From the IMG/VR virus record IMGVR_UViG_3300044670_001784, positions 1-34,086 of that record: a stretch of 34,086 nt of DNA; one strand, 5' to 3'. This document shows, piece after piece, positions 22,019 through 32,381 of the stretch (positions are counted from its first letter, which is position 1; the number at the start of each line of letters is the position of its first letter). Both the position numbers and the translations under genes were made by a program. The notes under the pieces were generated by a model that worked only from the letters and a program-made list of their open reading frames with translations, had not been told where the DNA came from and ran no database searches. Source of the DNA: a virus (lineage: Duplodnaviria; Caudoviricetes).

Positions 22019-24451
22019 TTAGCTAGCCATGTAGCTGAATGAAATGTAAATTGCTGTACTAGATGTTAAGTCTCCATGTTTTAACTTATCAAAACCCCCA
22101 GATGAAGTGGTATAAAGCATCAAACTTGAGGTTGTGTTCAAATAGCCTGATGTTACTGGACCAAAAGAAGCATCAATATATTGAGCTAAACAGCCCATTG
22201 TTGTTGCCTTATCATTGGCTTCAGCGGTAAAAGGCAAGCCACCAATAGTTACGTCAGCAGTAGCTGTGGTATCAGAAAACGAAGATAGGTATGTGTAGCA
22301 AGTCACTAGTCTGCCCACCCTCGTATACTTGCTGGGGCCCGCACTAGCTGTCCCAGTTGTTAGAGTAGGAGTCCAAGTCCCCTCCTCATAGTCATCCAGC
22401 TTATTTGCCGCTGCCGTCCCGCCTAGATAGACTCCCCCGCTTAGATATGCGTCTTTGAAGCGGACAGAACTAGTACCTAAGCTCATTGCGTTATCGTAAT
22501 CAGCGCCTGCGTTTGTAGAAGGCACAATGGCGTAAGCGTCCCCTAATGGTTTAATGCCGCCATAACTTGCGTCAGCAAAAAACAAATCGCCACCGTTAGT
22601 ACCAATACTACCTACGGTTGTGCCGTCTTTTGCAAAGGAAGCAATAGCTCCATCACTTGACTTACGATTTAAATATAAAGGATCGCCATTAGACCTTACT
22701 CCAACAAAACCTGTGGGACGAACCTCAAAGCCATCCGTTGTTAAATCTGATGAAGTCTTACCCACCAAGAAAATGCCATCATTTGTCAGGCGCGCCCTCT
22801 CCGAACCGTTAGCGTTTATAGCTACGTTATTAACACCTACCCCATAAATACCATTAGCGTAAGAGCCTGCGCCACCAAAAAAGTAGCCGCTTGTAGTAGC
22901 GGTAAAACTATTGCCTGACGTAATTATATTGCCCGATAGGTACAGGTCTTTGAAGCGAACACTTGATGCACCTAAATCTCTAGCATTGTCAGCCTGCGGG
23001 TAGAACCTAGAAGTGTCAAAGTTATAATTGCGAGACCCTGCCAGAAATAGTTTTAGCATCCCGCCTTGAGAATTTATAGTTAGATCAGTGCCATCATTAC
23101 CCAACGAGCCAATTGTGCTGCCGTCTTTGCGGAGGTCTAAAATCGTGCCATCGTCTGTTGTGCGATTAAAGATTCCAGCAGTGGTTCCATCAGAAGCAGC
23201 TTGGACAATCCCGTTAGCGCCATCAACACGAAAACCTGTCGTGCCTGCGCCGCCTGAGCCAACTGTTGTCGAAGTAGTACCCACCAACAGGTTAGAGCTT
23301 GCATCCAGCGTCATAGCCTGAACACTTCCAGATGATGGACTCATTATTTTAAAAGTCTGTCTACCGTTACCGTCCTGAAGAACTAGACCACCAGAACCAT
23401 CGCCTGATAAACGACCACCTGTGCCGTCACCGTTGACGTAGATTATCCCCGTAGACCCTATTCGGAAACGTTCTGCGTTGTTAGTGCCAAAGATTAATGG
23501 CAAGTTTGCTCTGTGATAAACATAAGCTCCTGAGCTATTTTGTATCAAATCAAAACTGGTAGTCCCTAAAGTTGTGCCGTTTCCAGATATACGAACAGAA
23601 CCTGCCGCTGTGCCTGTAAAGTCTCCAGTGCTAATAGCTCCACCATCTACAGCCAAACCACCCATCGTGGCTACTCCGGAAATCGTCACACCGGAAGATG
23701 AGCTGGCTAGTTTTGTATTGCCGTCATAAAATAAAGATACTGCCCCGTCTTGGATTCCTCCAAGTATTGCTTCATTACCAGCCGCATTTTGTACTTCTAA
23801 GTAATCTGTTTTAAGTATTAATCTACCTGCGCCACTTGAGTCATCAACATAGGAATGTGTACCATCATGATAAATCTGTAAATCACTGCCAGCGCCGAAG
23901 ATGGCTTTACTTGAATCGGCAAGGGTAATGTCATCGCCTGTACCGACTGCGATATCTGTGCCGCCTGTTGTATTACCCGCAGCAAGAATTTCAGCAAGCG
24001 TATCTGAAGCGCCAGAGCTTACCCCGGCCATTGCATCAACTACCGCTGCGCCGCTGCCTGCACCATCAAGATAAACAACTGCTGTCTTGCCTGTTGCTAT
24101 TGTGACGTTGGCGCCAGTACCCTGGCTAATTGCAATCGATTGTCCGCCGGTCGTTGCGTTCTCGATCCACATGACCCGACTAATTGTGTTAGGCGCAATG
24201 GTAAGCGTTCTTGTGGCAGTCAGCGTGGCCGACGAGGTGACCTTGAAATACATTGCCCGCGCTGGATCAGCGGACCCGTCAGCAACGGTTGTTGTCGCGT
24301 CAGCATTGGCAGCAAAACCATCCTGCGTTGCATAGCCAAAAGCGGCAGCAATATTTGTCAGGTTGGTATTTGTTTTATCGCCCCAAGTCGCGGCAGCCTC
24401 GCCTGTGGCTATAAGCTCAAGGCGCAAATCGTTAGTATATGTTGATGCCAT
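22019..24451 (-). CDS. Tail fibre / receptor-binding protein
   Basis: 810 aa, Gly/Thr/Ser-rich; N-terminal anchor MASTYTNDLRLELIATGE..TWG; repeated fibre modules; C-terminal LDDYEEGTWTP...YTRVGRLV domain. Confidence 0.85.
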   Translation of the reverse strand: MASTYTNDLRLELIATGEAAATWGDKTNTNLTNIAAAFGYATQDGFAANADATTTVADGSADPARAMYFKVTSSATLTATRTLTIAPNTISRVMWIENATTGGQSIAISQGTGANVTIATGKTAVVYLDGAGSGAAVVDAMAGVSSGASDTLAEILAAGNTTGGTDIAVGTGDDITLADSSKAIFGAGSDLQIYHDGTHSYVDDSSGAGRLILKTDYLEVQNAAGNEAILGGIQDGAVSLFYDGNTKLASSSSGVTISGVATMGGLAVDGGAISTGDFTGTAAGSVRISGNGTTLGTTSFDLIQNSSGAYVYHRANLPLIFGTNNAERFRIGSTGIIYVNGDGTGGRLSGDGSGGLVLQDGNGRQTFKIMSPSSGSVQAMTLDASSNLLVGTTSTTVGSGGAGTTGFRVDGANGIVQAASDGTTAGIFNRTTDDGTILDLRKDGSTIGSLGNDGTDLTINSQGGMLKLFLAGSRNYNFDTSRFYPQADNARDLGASSVRFKDLYLSGNIITSGNSFTATTSGYFFGGAGSYANGIYGVGVNNVAINANGSERARLTNDGIFLVGKTSSDLTTDGFEVRPTGFVGVRSNGDPLYLNRKSSDGAIASFAKDGTTVGSIGTNGGDLFFADASYGGIKPLGDAYAIVPSTNAGADYDNAMSLGTSSVRFKDAYLSGGVYLGGTAAANKLDDYEEGTWTPTLTTGTASAGPSKYTRVGRLVTCYTYLSSFSDTTATADVTIGGLPFTAEANDKATTMGCLAQYIDASFGPVTSGYLNTTSSLMLYTTSSGGFDKLKHGDLTSSTAIYISFSYMAS

Positions 24452-24461
24452 TTTTTAGTCC

Positions 24462-25115
24462 TTACGCTGCTTCTTGCCAAGCTGTTGAAGCGATTGTTTG
24501 AGGTGACCAGGTATCGCTCGAAGACGATTGATCAGTCCAGTTGTTATGTGCTGAAGATTGTTCCTGCCAACTATCTGACGCAGACGATTGATCTGCCCAA
24601 GCAGTCGTAGCGCTACCTTCCGGGCGCCACTTCCGCCGACCGTTAGCACTAACAAAAGAAACAGCCGCGATAGTTGCAGCGCCAAGAAAAACTTGTCCCG
24701 CACTTGCATCGAACGAAGATGATCCTGCAATTGTTGCAGAACCGACTGCAACGATCTGCCCAGCCGCCTGGCTGCTTGACTGAGCCGAAACGTCAGCGGA
24801 CGCTTCGCGAACTCGTAATCCAGCAGCAGTACATCCGCTAGCCGCTGAAATCGTTGCCGAAGCGCTTTGTATGCGGCTCGCACTCGCCGAAAACGAACTG
24901 GCGGCACTTGCTGTTCCGGCGCCTTGTTGTATTCGTTGTCCGGCTGATGTGAAGGCTGAGTTGGCTGCTGCACTGGCTGATCCTTGCTGTATTCGTTTCG
25001 CAGTGGCTGAGAATGCGGACGCTGCCGCAACGGTGGCCGATCCGTCTTTGTAGGACCATTCGCCCCATTTTCCAGAGCCCCAAGCGCCATAGCCAAATCC
25101 GGTCGGTTCACTCAT
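24462..25115 (-). CDS. Ala/Ser-rich repeat virion protein
   Basis: About seven 20-aa repeats (GSATxAAxSxFxAxxxRI) followed by Trp every 10 aa; TAATG coupling. Confidence 0.7.
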   Translation of the reverse strand: MSEPTGFGYGAWGSGKWGEWSYKDGSATVAAASAFSATAKRIQQGSASAAANSAFTSAGQRIQQGAGTASAASSFSASASRIQSASATISAASGCTAAGLRVREASADVSAQSSSQAAGQIVAVGSATIAGSSSFDASAGQVFLGAATIAAVSFVSANGRRKWRPEGSATTAWADQSSASDSWQEQSSAHNNWTDQSSSSDTWSPQTIASTAWQEAA

Positions 25116-25495
25116 TAATTCAGCGTGATGTCCAAGTCACCGGCGGGTATCCGAAACACATCCCCGGTGGCAATTGTCTTGTTGGCATCCAGGCTCGCGA
25201 AAGCCAGCATGTTTCCGCTGCTGGCAGCGTCAAGGACAGCAACTGCTACCACTGTTCCATAGTTAGCTGTTGCTGTTGGGTACTCGATTGCGGCAGCGTT
25301 AGTTGTTGCGCTGCCGCTCGTTGTGAAGCTCGCTGACTGACGTGCGTATGCGCCGCCTGTGACCTCTGTGCCGGTGGTCGAGTCAGTGGGTGCTACCGTA
25401 TAAAGCGCAACGTACACAGTCGATGGTGACGTGTATGCGGTGTTGCTAAAGGCGTGCGCCAGCAGTTTGTTTTCTAAATAGTCTGTGAATGCCAT
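25115..25495 (-). CDS. Small tail/virion structural protein
   Basis: FTDYLENKLL...YVALYTVAP...EVTGGAYARQ...GDVFRIPAGDLDITL. Confidence 0.75.
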   Translation of the reverse strand: MAFTDYLENKLLAHAFSNTAYTSPSTVYVALYTVAPTDSTTGTEVTGGAYARQSASFTTSGSATTNAAAIEYPTATANYGTVVAVAVLDAASSGNMLAFASLDANKTIATGDVFRIPAGDLDITLN

Positions 25496-25503
25496 TTGCC
25501 TTC

Positions 25504-26130
25504 CTACTGAAGTGCGCGTGTGCGCATTTGAACTGATGTTTGACCGCGTGTGCGTTGATCGCTGACGTGCATATCTTCAACTTTTTTCTGATAGATACTG
25601 CCCCACACACTAATGCGCTCGTCATCTCTCAGATAGGGAGCTGACTGCAACAGGGCGCCATAGAGGTAGATGTCAGGGCTTAAAGACAAAAGCCAGTTAC
25701 TGGTATTGCTGTCAGAAAGAACAGGCACCTTGGCGTAGTAAACGAGTTCTGCCGTGTATCCGGTGCTCGTGTTATCTGGCGCCGGGTAGACTTCGATCTC
25801 TGTGCCGACATGGGTGTAGTATCGTGGCTTGCCAGTTGCGCTAGATGATGCGCGCAGCTTGTTCATGTACTCGTTAGTGACATACTCAAGCGGTTCTACT
25901 GGGTCAGTCTCTAAAATCAATTGCACCGACTGCATCCAATCAGCAGGCGTTGCACTGAACCTTGAATCGATCGTTGCCTGGCTGCGCGTGATCATGTATC
26001 GATGACGAATGTCACGCTGAAACTCTGCTTCCGCCAAACTAATAAAATCTGGAATTGCCGAGGTCAAATCATCTCGATTCAGCCAATCAGCAATACTTGC
26101 TTTTAATTCAGCGTAAGTAGTGAGGGCCAC
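25504..26130 (-). CDS. Head-tail adaptor protein
   Basis: MALTTYAELKASIADWLNRDDL...FISLAEA...PDIYLYGALL; position after the capsid genes. Confidence 0.8.
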   Translation of the reverse strand: MALTTYAELKASIADWLNRDDLTSAIPDFISLAEAEFQRDIRHRYMITRSQATIDSRFSATPADWMQSVQLILETDPVEPLEYVTNEYMNKLRASSSATGKPRYYTHVGTEIEVYPAPDNTSTGYTAELVYYAKVPVLSDSNTSNWLLSLSPDIYLYGALLQSAPYLRDDERISVWGSIYQKKVEDMHVSDQRTRGQTSVQMRTRALQ

Positions 26131-26456
26131 TAAACAGTGCCTCCTCTCGTTCTGAAGTATTTGTTATCGCCGTCATTGAGCCAGCGTTTGAAGCGAGCAG
26201 GGTCATCAACGATGCCCTGCTGCTTCAGGTCGTAGTAAACACTCAAGGGGATACTCGCAATTTTGCACCACTCGCCGAAGCGTTTGTGCCGGTCTATAAC
26301 GTTAGACGATCGTTTGTTTGCTTCGATAATCTTTGTCACGTCTTGCGAAGTTGCAATGACGAATTTGTCATCTTTGAGCGTATCGCCTTGCTCGTAGATA
26401 AAATCAGTTTTTATCTGAGCATCAGCGTCAAACGATAGATTGCGAATATCTTCCAT
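26130..26456 (-). CDS. Phage hypothetical protein
   Basis: 108 aa, QDV..IIEANK...IASIP...WLND...FRT; lies between MCP and adaptor. Confidence 0.75.
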   Translation of the reverse strand: MEDIRNLSFDADAQIKTDFIYEQGDTLKDDKFVIATSQDVTKIIEANKRSSNVIDRHKRFGEWCKIASIPLSVYYDLKQQGIVDDPARFKRWLNDGDNKYFRTRGGTV

Positions 26457-26465
26457 GATTAGTCC

Positions 26466-27434
26466 TTATGAAGTGCTTAGGTCTCGAATAACGCCCAACC
26501 CGGCCTCGTTATTCACTTGCAGTCCGTACTCAGCTAACAACATATATTTAGTTGCATCGCCGGTCTTCGCAAGTTCTTCGCTTTGCAGAGGACGCAGTGT
26601 TGCCATCTCAACCATATCGGGGTCTACAACGTAAGCATCACGCGCTCTTGAGAACCGATTTGGCACGATAGAAATCGAACCGAAGTCGGACACATACACG
26701 TCAGCAGCACCGATTATAGAAGTAGGACCGTCAGGTGCCTGGTAACGTTGAGCGGCGATGCCGGCGAAGCCAGATACAACCGTCTTAACGTGGGGACCGA
26801 CCATTAAGAACTTAGGATCACCTCCATTTGAGTACATTGATTGAACGACTGATTTTACCATAGCCTCAGTCAGCGCCCTTTGTGTCCCGTTAGTAGGCGC
26901 CGCGTTGGGAACACCACCAGACAGTGTTGGGTCTGCACCATTAGCACCGTTAGACGTGTTAGTGGTTAACCAAGATGTAAGCGGTGCTGTTTTACGAGCA
27001 ACAGAAGCGCTTCCGCCTACGGCAGCATGGCTCAAACCGCAAAGGTTGTGCTCCATGTCTCGCTTGAGCTCATCGCCCTTCTTAGCAAGTTGATACGCAA
27101 TTTCCGACCGTCTGCCGGCTTCATCAATTGCGCCAGACAGGTTGTCCGCAATGATAAAATCTTTGCGAGAAATTTGCGTGTAATTGCCGAGTCTGACAGT
27201 TGGCGTCACTGCTGCAAACGAGGACAAATCGTCGCCATCGATGTGGTGGTTAGCTGCGGCGGCGGCCAATGAATCGGTCTGCCACTCAAAGAAAGTGTTA
27301 GATACTTTCTTCTTTTTTGTCATGTTACTGATGAAAGGAGTGGTCTGGGGTGAGATGTTAAAAATCACATTCGACAAATCCTCACGGATGCCGACTGCGC
27401 TGTATTTTGTAAAAGTGTTTGTAACGATTGCCAT
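26466..27434 (-). CDS. Major capsid protein (DUF5309-like)
   Basis: GIREDLSNVIFNISPQTTPF, EWQTDSL, NYTQI, ELKRDME, YVSDFG, LAKTGD; follows the scaffold. Confidence 0.9.
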   Translation of the reverse strand: MAIVTNTFTKYSAVGIREDLSNVIFNISPQTTPFISNMTKKKKVSNTFFEWQTDSLAAAAANHHIDGDDLSSFAAVTPTVRLGNYTQISRKDFIIADNLSGAIDEAGRRSEIAYQLAKKGDELKRDMEHNLCGLSHAAVGGSASVARKTAPLTSWLTTNTSNGANGADPTLSGGVPNAAPTNGTQRALTEAMVKSVVQSMYSNGGDPKFLMVGPHVKTVVSGFAGIAAQRYQAPDGPTSIIGAADVYVSDFGSISIVPNRFSRARDAYVVDPDMVEMATLRPLQSEELAKTGDATKYMLLAEYGLQVNNEAGLGVIRDLSTS

Positions 27435-27444
27435 TGTAATTGCC

Positions 27445-28455
27445 TTAAATTAGAGATTCTAAAAGACCTGCTGCGTCTTCCAGCCGGCCACTTTTTGCAA
27501 GACGTTGACGAGCGTTTTTTACTTTCTTTGAACCAGGTTTAACTTGGCCTTGCCTGCTGCCAGGCTTGACGGTTGCAGAACGATTGCCTTTCTTGGCAGC
27601 CTTCTTTATCCGCGATTGGCCCCTGTCGTAAAGCATTGCCTTACGCAGAACCTTAATGTGATTGGCGCGAACGAGTGATTGAAGTTCTTCTTCTGCAACG
27701 CCTGCTTCTAAAAGATATTGGCGCAGCTCTTCTCGTTCTGTTTGTGCCGTCGATTCATCCTTCCATTCTGGGATGACCTCTGGCAGCCGGTGGACTTCTT
27801 CGCTCAAAACTTGCTGCATTGCTTGCGTTTGATACTGCTGGTTTGCTTGCGCTACCCGCTGTTGTTCCAACTGTATCGCCTGAAAGCGTTCCTGCTTGGC
27901 AAATTGGCGTTTGTTCCACTCGCGCTCTAAACGGGTTGCCTCTATCGGGTCTTCGTTATAAAGACGATCGAAATCCGGCACCGGCTCATCACTGGTGTTC
28001 AATTGAGTTTGCAATGCACCAAGGAGTTGTGCGTATTGCTGTCGCTCGAGGAGTACTGCATCGCGGTCTTGCTCAAAACTATTACGTTCTGCCGCGAGTG
28101 CTTGACTCTTCTTTGTGTAGTCTGCTTGGCGTGAGTACCCATTTTTGAGTTCGTCAAGCTGAACCTCAACTTCTTCTCCGTTGATTTTAACGGTAAAAGC
28201 TTCGGCTGCTTGCTCTTCCTCATCTGGGTCGTATTCATCGTCATTCAGATCGGCATCGTCTTCTGCTGAGTCGAAATCATCAGATTCTTCGAACTCAGCC
28301 TCTAACTCAACCTCGCCCTCTTCGGACTGGTCAACGCCTTCTTCGATCTCTTCAGCCTTATCCTCTTCAGGGGCCAACATATCTTCGATTGCGTCTCTTG
28401 CTTGGAAAAGTCCACTACTGGGATTTTCCGCATCATATTCCATTTTATCACTCAT
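27445..28455 (-). CDS. Capsid scaffolding protein
   Basis: Acidic N-terminus; VKINGEEVEVQLDELKNGYSRQADYTKKSQALA; coiled coil; basic C-terminus. Confidence 0.85.
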   Translation of the reverse strand: MSDKMEYDAENPSSGLFQARDAIEDMLAPEEDKAEEIEEGVDQSEEGEVELEAEFEESDDFDSAEDDADLNDDEYDPDEEEQAAEAFTVKINGEEVEVQLDELKNGYSRQADYTKKSQALAAERNSFEQDRDAVLLERQQYAQLLGALQTQLNTSDEPVPDFDRLYNEDPIEATRLEREWNKRQFAKQERFQAIQLEQQRVAQANQQYQTQAMQQVLSEEVHRLPEVIPEWKDESTAQTEREELRQYLLEAGVAEEELQSLVRANHIKVLRKAMLYDRGQSRIKKAAKKGNRSATVKPGSRQGQVKPGSKKVKNARQRLAKSGRLEDAAGLLESLI

Positions 28456-28460
28456 AAACT

Positions 28461-28691
28461 TTAGCTCCTATTTTTTTCGAAAGCGATCGAGTCGGCAGCA
28501 GCTCGCATGCTGTTAACTAAGTGATCCATCGCTTCCAATTGTGCGTGTAGTCTTTCCCTGTTATCGGGTTTCCTCTCACGCTGCCACATCTCAAAAATTT
28601 GGTACTTCACTCGACTGCACAATTCCTCAAAGTCGGGTTCATCGAACATCCGCTGGATGCTCTCAAGATACTGCTGCTCCGTTTTGGCCAT
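28461..28691 (-). CDS. Small hypothetical protein between portal and scaffold
   Basis: 76-aa helical ORF overlapping the portal end. Confidence 0.7.
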   Translation of the reverse strand: MAKTEQQYLESIQRMFDEPDFEELCSRVKYQIFEMWQRERKPDNRERLHAQLEAMDHLVNSMRAAADSIAFEKNRS

Positions 28692-30777
28692 TGTTCACGC
28701 TCGCTAGTTGTCTTATCGCCTCCCGGTCCCGCTCAGAACCGGCCTTGATCGCTGCTGTATCAACCTGGGCACCAAAGCGCGCAGTAATCTCAGCGGCCTT
28801 CAGTGCTATATCTGCCTCGTCTTTATCTCTGCGACGATCGTCTTCGCGCATCATCTTCTCGCGCTCAAGTTGCAGCTCCGCTTGCTTCTTCTGTATGTCA
28901 GCTTGGATGCTCTGCATCTGCACTTGTATCAGTGCAGCGTTAGGATCAGGCTGTTCTTGTTGTTCTTGTTGCTGCGGTTGATACTGAGATGGGTCGGTGA
29001 AGAATCGATTGATATCTTTAAAGCCAGCCAGCTCTAACATTTGCGTCATCGTCGCGTAATAGTTCTGCGCATTGACGATGGGGTTGTCTGGACCTAGTTG
29101 CTGCAATAATTGCTCTTGCTTCTGCGCAATTTGTTGCAGCATTGTCAATCGCTCAGTGTCTCCGCCTTTACCCAGGCTAACGTTGGCAACCACGTCCATG
29201 CTGGCGTTCCAGGCATCCGGGCTCATCGGCACAAAGTTGTTGCGCAATCTAATCATGCGCGTTCGTTCCTGATGCGTAACGACTAGCTTCAAGATGCCTT
29301 TGAAAAGTCGCGACATGCCATTCTCAGCAAATAGCCTAGCAATCATTTCTGTTCTTTGTTGCGCTGCCTGGATCGTTTGATTGACAGCCATCAGCGTCGA
29401 GCTTTGCAGAGCTTCTGGCGCCAGGCCATCGGCGGCCTTACTGATCCCGGTCCTGTTCTCTCTGATCTCGTCAAGGTATTGCATCATGCCAAAAGCATCG
29501 CCACCCACATAAGGCAGCGTGAATGGCACAACAGCACCTGGCTGTCGCATACGAATAATGCCGCCGGCCTCGACGTTCATTACGTCTTCCAGGCTTGCCT
29601 GCCCTTCGACAACACCAACCCTGGGGTGAGTAGACATTGCCAGGCTATCGAGTGATGCTCGCAGTACAGCCGATTTAATCCGCTGTATGTCCATTGTTAG
29701 ATCGGCGATCGACATGCCGAAGAATGAATGCGGTTCAGGATCAGGGCAGAACATTGCAAATGGGATATCGTCGCAAGGCTCGTTCCGCTGTACTTCATAA
29801 GTAGGACCAGCGCAGCATATCTTGCGCAGCTCACCGATACCGTCACCATCCATATCGATTCGCATGTACGCTTCAACGTACAGCACGCGTCTTCGCGTTG
29901 GATCAGAGTAGTCACGAGTCTGCTGGCTGAACTGACGCTCTCTTGCTTCTACGTTGAATAAGTCGAAGTCTTCATCATCAGTAGCGTAATCGATGATGTC
30001 ATCGTACTCGTAACCCATTTCAACGAGTTCGCTAACAGTAGCGTAGCGGCGGTGGGCGATGAGATCGGCGTCAGCAAAGGAGCGAGCGTGGCGACTGACA
30101 ATGATCTCTTCTGGAGGCACCGCCGCTACTTTTACTTTACCGTTAGCACGTCGGTGCGTAACGCTGACCGTAAAAAGTTGGACTTGTTGGCCATCGGGCG
30201 AATCGATCGTGTCGTTGCTCGCTGTTTCTAGGGATGTGACATCTACGTTAGGATCGGAGTTGAGTGCAGCTAGTGCTTGCTCGTCGAGTCCTGATAATTT
30301 GTACGACTGAACTTCTTCTGCTTCGTCCCAATAGTATTTTAAGAATCCGCTGCCCTTTACGAGCGCGTCTTTAAATACTGCATAGAGAATCTCGATATAG
30401 CTTTGGTCTTGGTCTTGATTCAAAATGTAATTTGCGTAGTCAGTTGCCTGGCTTGCCATTTCTAAATCTTCTGGACCTTGCGGGGCGTATTCAACAACGT
30501 GATCGCTTGCACAGAAGATACGGATAAGCGATGGCAGCATGGCCTGTACGGTATCCCGTACGTCCATTGTCATTGCAGTGCTTCGGCCTTCCTGCTCATT
30601 GCCGAATGGCTCACCGTTATAATATTCCGCGGCTTCGGCTCGCCCTGGGCTTATCGTGTTATCGATGAAATCAACGGCGTCCTCGATTGACTCACTGACG
30701 ATTGATTGTATTTCGTCTTCGCCGATCGTTTCTTCACTAACAAATTCTTCAGTTGTTTCGTTGCTGTAATCGCTCAT
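28663..30777 (-). CDS. Portal protein (P22-like podovirus type)
   Basis: 704 aa; YYNGEPFGNE, DVRDTV..MLPSL, FKDALVKGSG, RENRTGIS; C-terminal Gln-rich coiled barrel. Confidence 0.9.
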   Translation of the reverse strand: MSDYSNETTEEFVSEETIGEDEIQSIVSESIEDAVDFIDNTISPGRAEAAEYYNGEPFGNEQEGRSTAMTMDVRDTVQAMLPSLIRIFCASDHVVEYAPQGPEDLEMASQATDYANYILNQDQDQSYIEILYAVFKDALVKGSGFLKYYWDEAEEVQSYKLSGLDEQALAALNSDPNVDVTSLETASNDTIDSPDGQQVQLFTVSVTHRRANGKVKVAAVPPEEIIVSRHARSFADADLIAHRRYATVSELVEMGYEYDDIIDYATDDEDFDLFNVEARERQFSQQTRDYSDPTRRRVLYVEAYMRIDMDGDGIGELRKICCAGPTYEVQRNEPCDDIPFAMFCPDPEPHSFFGMSIADLTMDIQRIKSAVLRASLDSLAMSTHPRVGVVEGQASLEDVMNVEAGGIIRMRQPGAVVPFTLPYVGGDAFGMMQYLDEIRENRTGISKAADGLAPEALQSSTLMAVNQTIQAAQQRTEMIARLFAENGMSRLFKGILKLVVTHQERTRMIRLRNNFVPMSPDAWNASMDVVANVSLGKGGDTERLTMLQQIAQKQEQLLQQLGPDNPIVNAQNYYATMTQMLELAGFKDINRFFTDPSQYQPQQQEQQEQPDPNAALIQVQMQSIQADIQKKQAELQLEREKMMREDDRRRDKDEADIALKAAEITARFGAQVDTAAIKAGSERDREAIRQLASVNNGQNGAAVS

Positions 30778-32381
30778 ATCGGGCTCATGTCTAGTAATGC
30801 TTTAGCGAGTTCTTTTTCTTTCTTACCCATCTTGTTGTAGCCCTTGCCCAGCAAATCGATAATCTTGCTATCCTGCGATGCGTCAACAACAGGCGCCAAC
30901 AATCCGCCCAAGGCTTGCATGCCTTGATCGCTGTATTGCTGACCTAGTTGGGTTCTGGGTTGGTAGTCGAAAAATTGCTCAGTGTTTTGTCGCTGATTGG
31001 CTATGTCTTCAGCACTGAAGTTGACGCCCGGCACATAACGATCGCCCAGGTATCTCGCGACAGCACCTGGTGCCGATAGCACTGGTGCAACCATGCCGGA
31101 TGCAGCATTTGCCCCTGCGTCTACGAGACCTGCTATTTTTTCACCGGCGCCAAGTAATCCTGCGCTCATCGCGGCAGTAGCGCCAAGTGCTTTGGGGTTT
31201 GCTGCGCCTTTCTGTTTTTTAGCTTGCTGCTGATAGTTGTATACACCATCGGCCCATTGATCATCGAAAACTTCGTAGAGCTTTGGGTTCATAACCAGAG
31301 AACCCGTTTTTTGCGCTTCAGTGAAAGGCTCGCCTGCCCGGTTAGTTTTTGTATCTAAATCAGCAAACGTCTTTGGGAACATAACGCGAGCAGGCACACT
31401 TTCATCTAAACCACCAATGTAATTGCCAGGTATAATCGTGTCATAGGATTTGTGAGGAGACCCTCCAATAACACTTGCATCAGGTTGCGCGTCAAACATG
31501 CTGAAGCCAGAACTACCAATTGGTAACTCAGCAATTTCTGGCTGCAAAATTTCTGAATGAACATCCTCTTTGATCGGAAAGCCTACATCCCTATGTCGCG
31601 CTTTTGACATCTCTTCAACGAAAACCGATCGCAACTTGCCAGCACCTTTCTGCGGATAATCACCGCGCCCCATAATTTGATCGAGCGCATCGGGATGATT
31701 AACACCGACCCAATCAGGGCGAGACTTTCTGAGCTCCTGGTCAAATGCTTTTACATCTCTCTTTTTAATCGGCAACGATTGTGCTTGCTGCAACATCGCT
31801 TTAGCCGGCGGAGTGCTAAAGTTGACTGCCTCTTTACCCATCGCATTGAAAATGCCGACAGGCTGCATACCAGTTTCGTCAGCGGCCAGTGCAAAGTTAC
31901 TCTGTTTTTTCTTTGCGGCATCTAGCATCGATGCCCAGCCATAACCTTGCGGCTTGTAACGCAAACCGAAATTAGAACCGCCCTGAACATCCACTGGCAC
32001 GTCTAAATCAACACCACCAATAGTTTCTAACGTCTTACCAGTAACGCTAGTATCACCGGCAACAGGAACACCAACCTTGCCGACCAGGTCAGCAACATCG
32101 AGAACATTTCTTTCGCCGATATCGATTGATTGTGTTTTGTTTTCTATGTCAGCGCGTATTTTTTCGCGAAAGCGGAAAGCCTTGTTGTCGCGCATCGCTT
32201 TGTCGTACTTGGTCATTGCCGATTTGACAGCACTAGGATTTTGCGCGCTTTGAGGCTTCAGCATGCCGATACGAATAAGGTTAGCCGGGGTCGTTAAAAA
32301 CCCAGCTTCAGCCTCATCGGGAGTCGCGGCAGCGCCCAACAGACCGGCGCCTAGTAACCTACGAGCAGCAGCAGAGCTCAT
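30774..32381 (-). CDS. Large hypothetical protein between terminase and portal
   Basis: 535 aa; ATGA coupling to the portal; GLLG-rich ends around a globular-looking centre. Confidence 0.75.
   Translation of the reverse strand: MSSAAARRLLGAGLLGAAATPDEAEAGFLTTPANLIRIGMLKPQSAQNPSAVKSAMTKYDKAMRDNKAFRFREKIRADIENKTQSIDIGERNVLDVADLVGKVGVPVAGDTSVTGKTLETIGGVDLDVPVDVQGGSNFGLRYKPQGYGWASMLDAAKKKQSNFALAADETGMQPVGIFNAMGKEAVNFSTPPAKAMLQQAQSLPIKKRDVKAFDQELRKSRPDWVGVNHPDALDQIMGRGDYPQKGAGKLRSVFVEEMSKARHRDVGFPIKEDVHSEILQPEIAELPIGSSGFSMFDAQPDASVIGGSPHKSYDTIIPGNYIGGLDESVPARVMFPKTFADLDTKTNRAGEPFTEAQKTGSLVMNPKLYEVFDDQWADGVYNYQQQAKKQKGAANPKALGATAAMSAGLLGAGEKIAGLVDAGANAASGMVAPVLSAPGAVARYLGDRYVPGVNFSAEDIANQRQNTEQFFDYQPRTQLGQQYSDQGMQALGGLLAPVVDASQDSKIIDLLGKGYNKMGKKEKELAKALLDMSPI

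Noticed and set aside
22019-24451. Diversity-generating retroelement acting on the tail fibre
   Set aside because: No reverse transcriptase and no near-identical template/variable repeat pair were noticed in the window.
24455-25111. 218-aa same-strand +1 ORF overlapping the Ala/Ser repeat gene
   Set aside because: GCN/TCN/AGY codon bias readily leaves the +1 frame stop-free. The product is Q/L/R/P-rich with no motifs, unlike the methyltransferase case.
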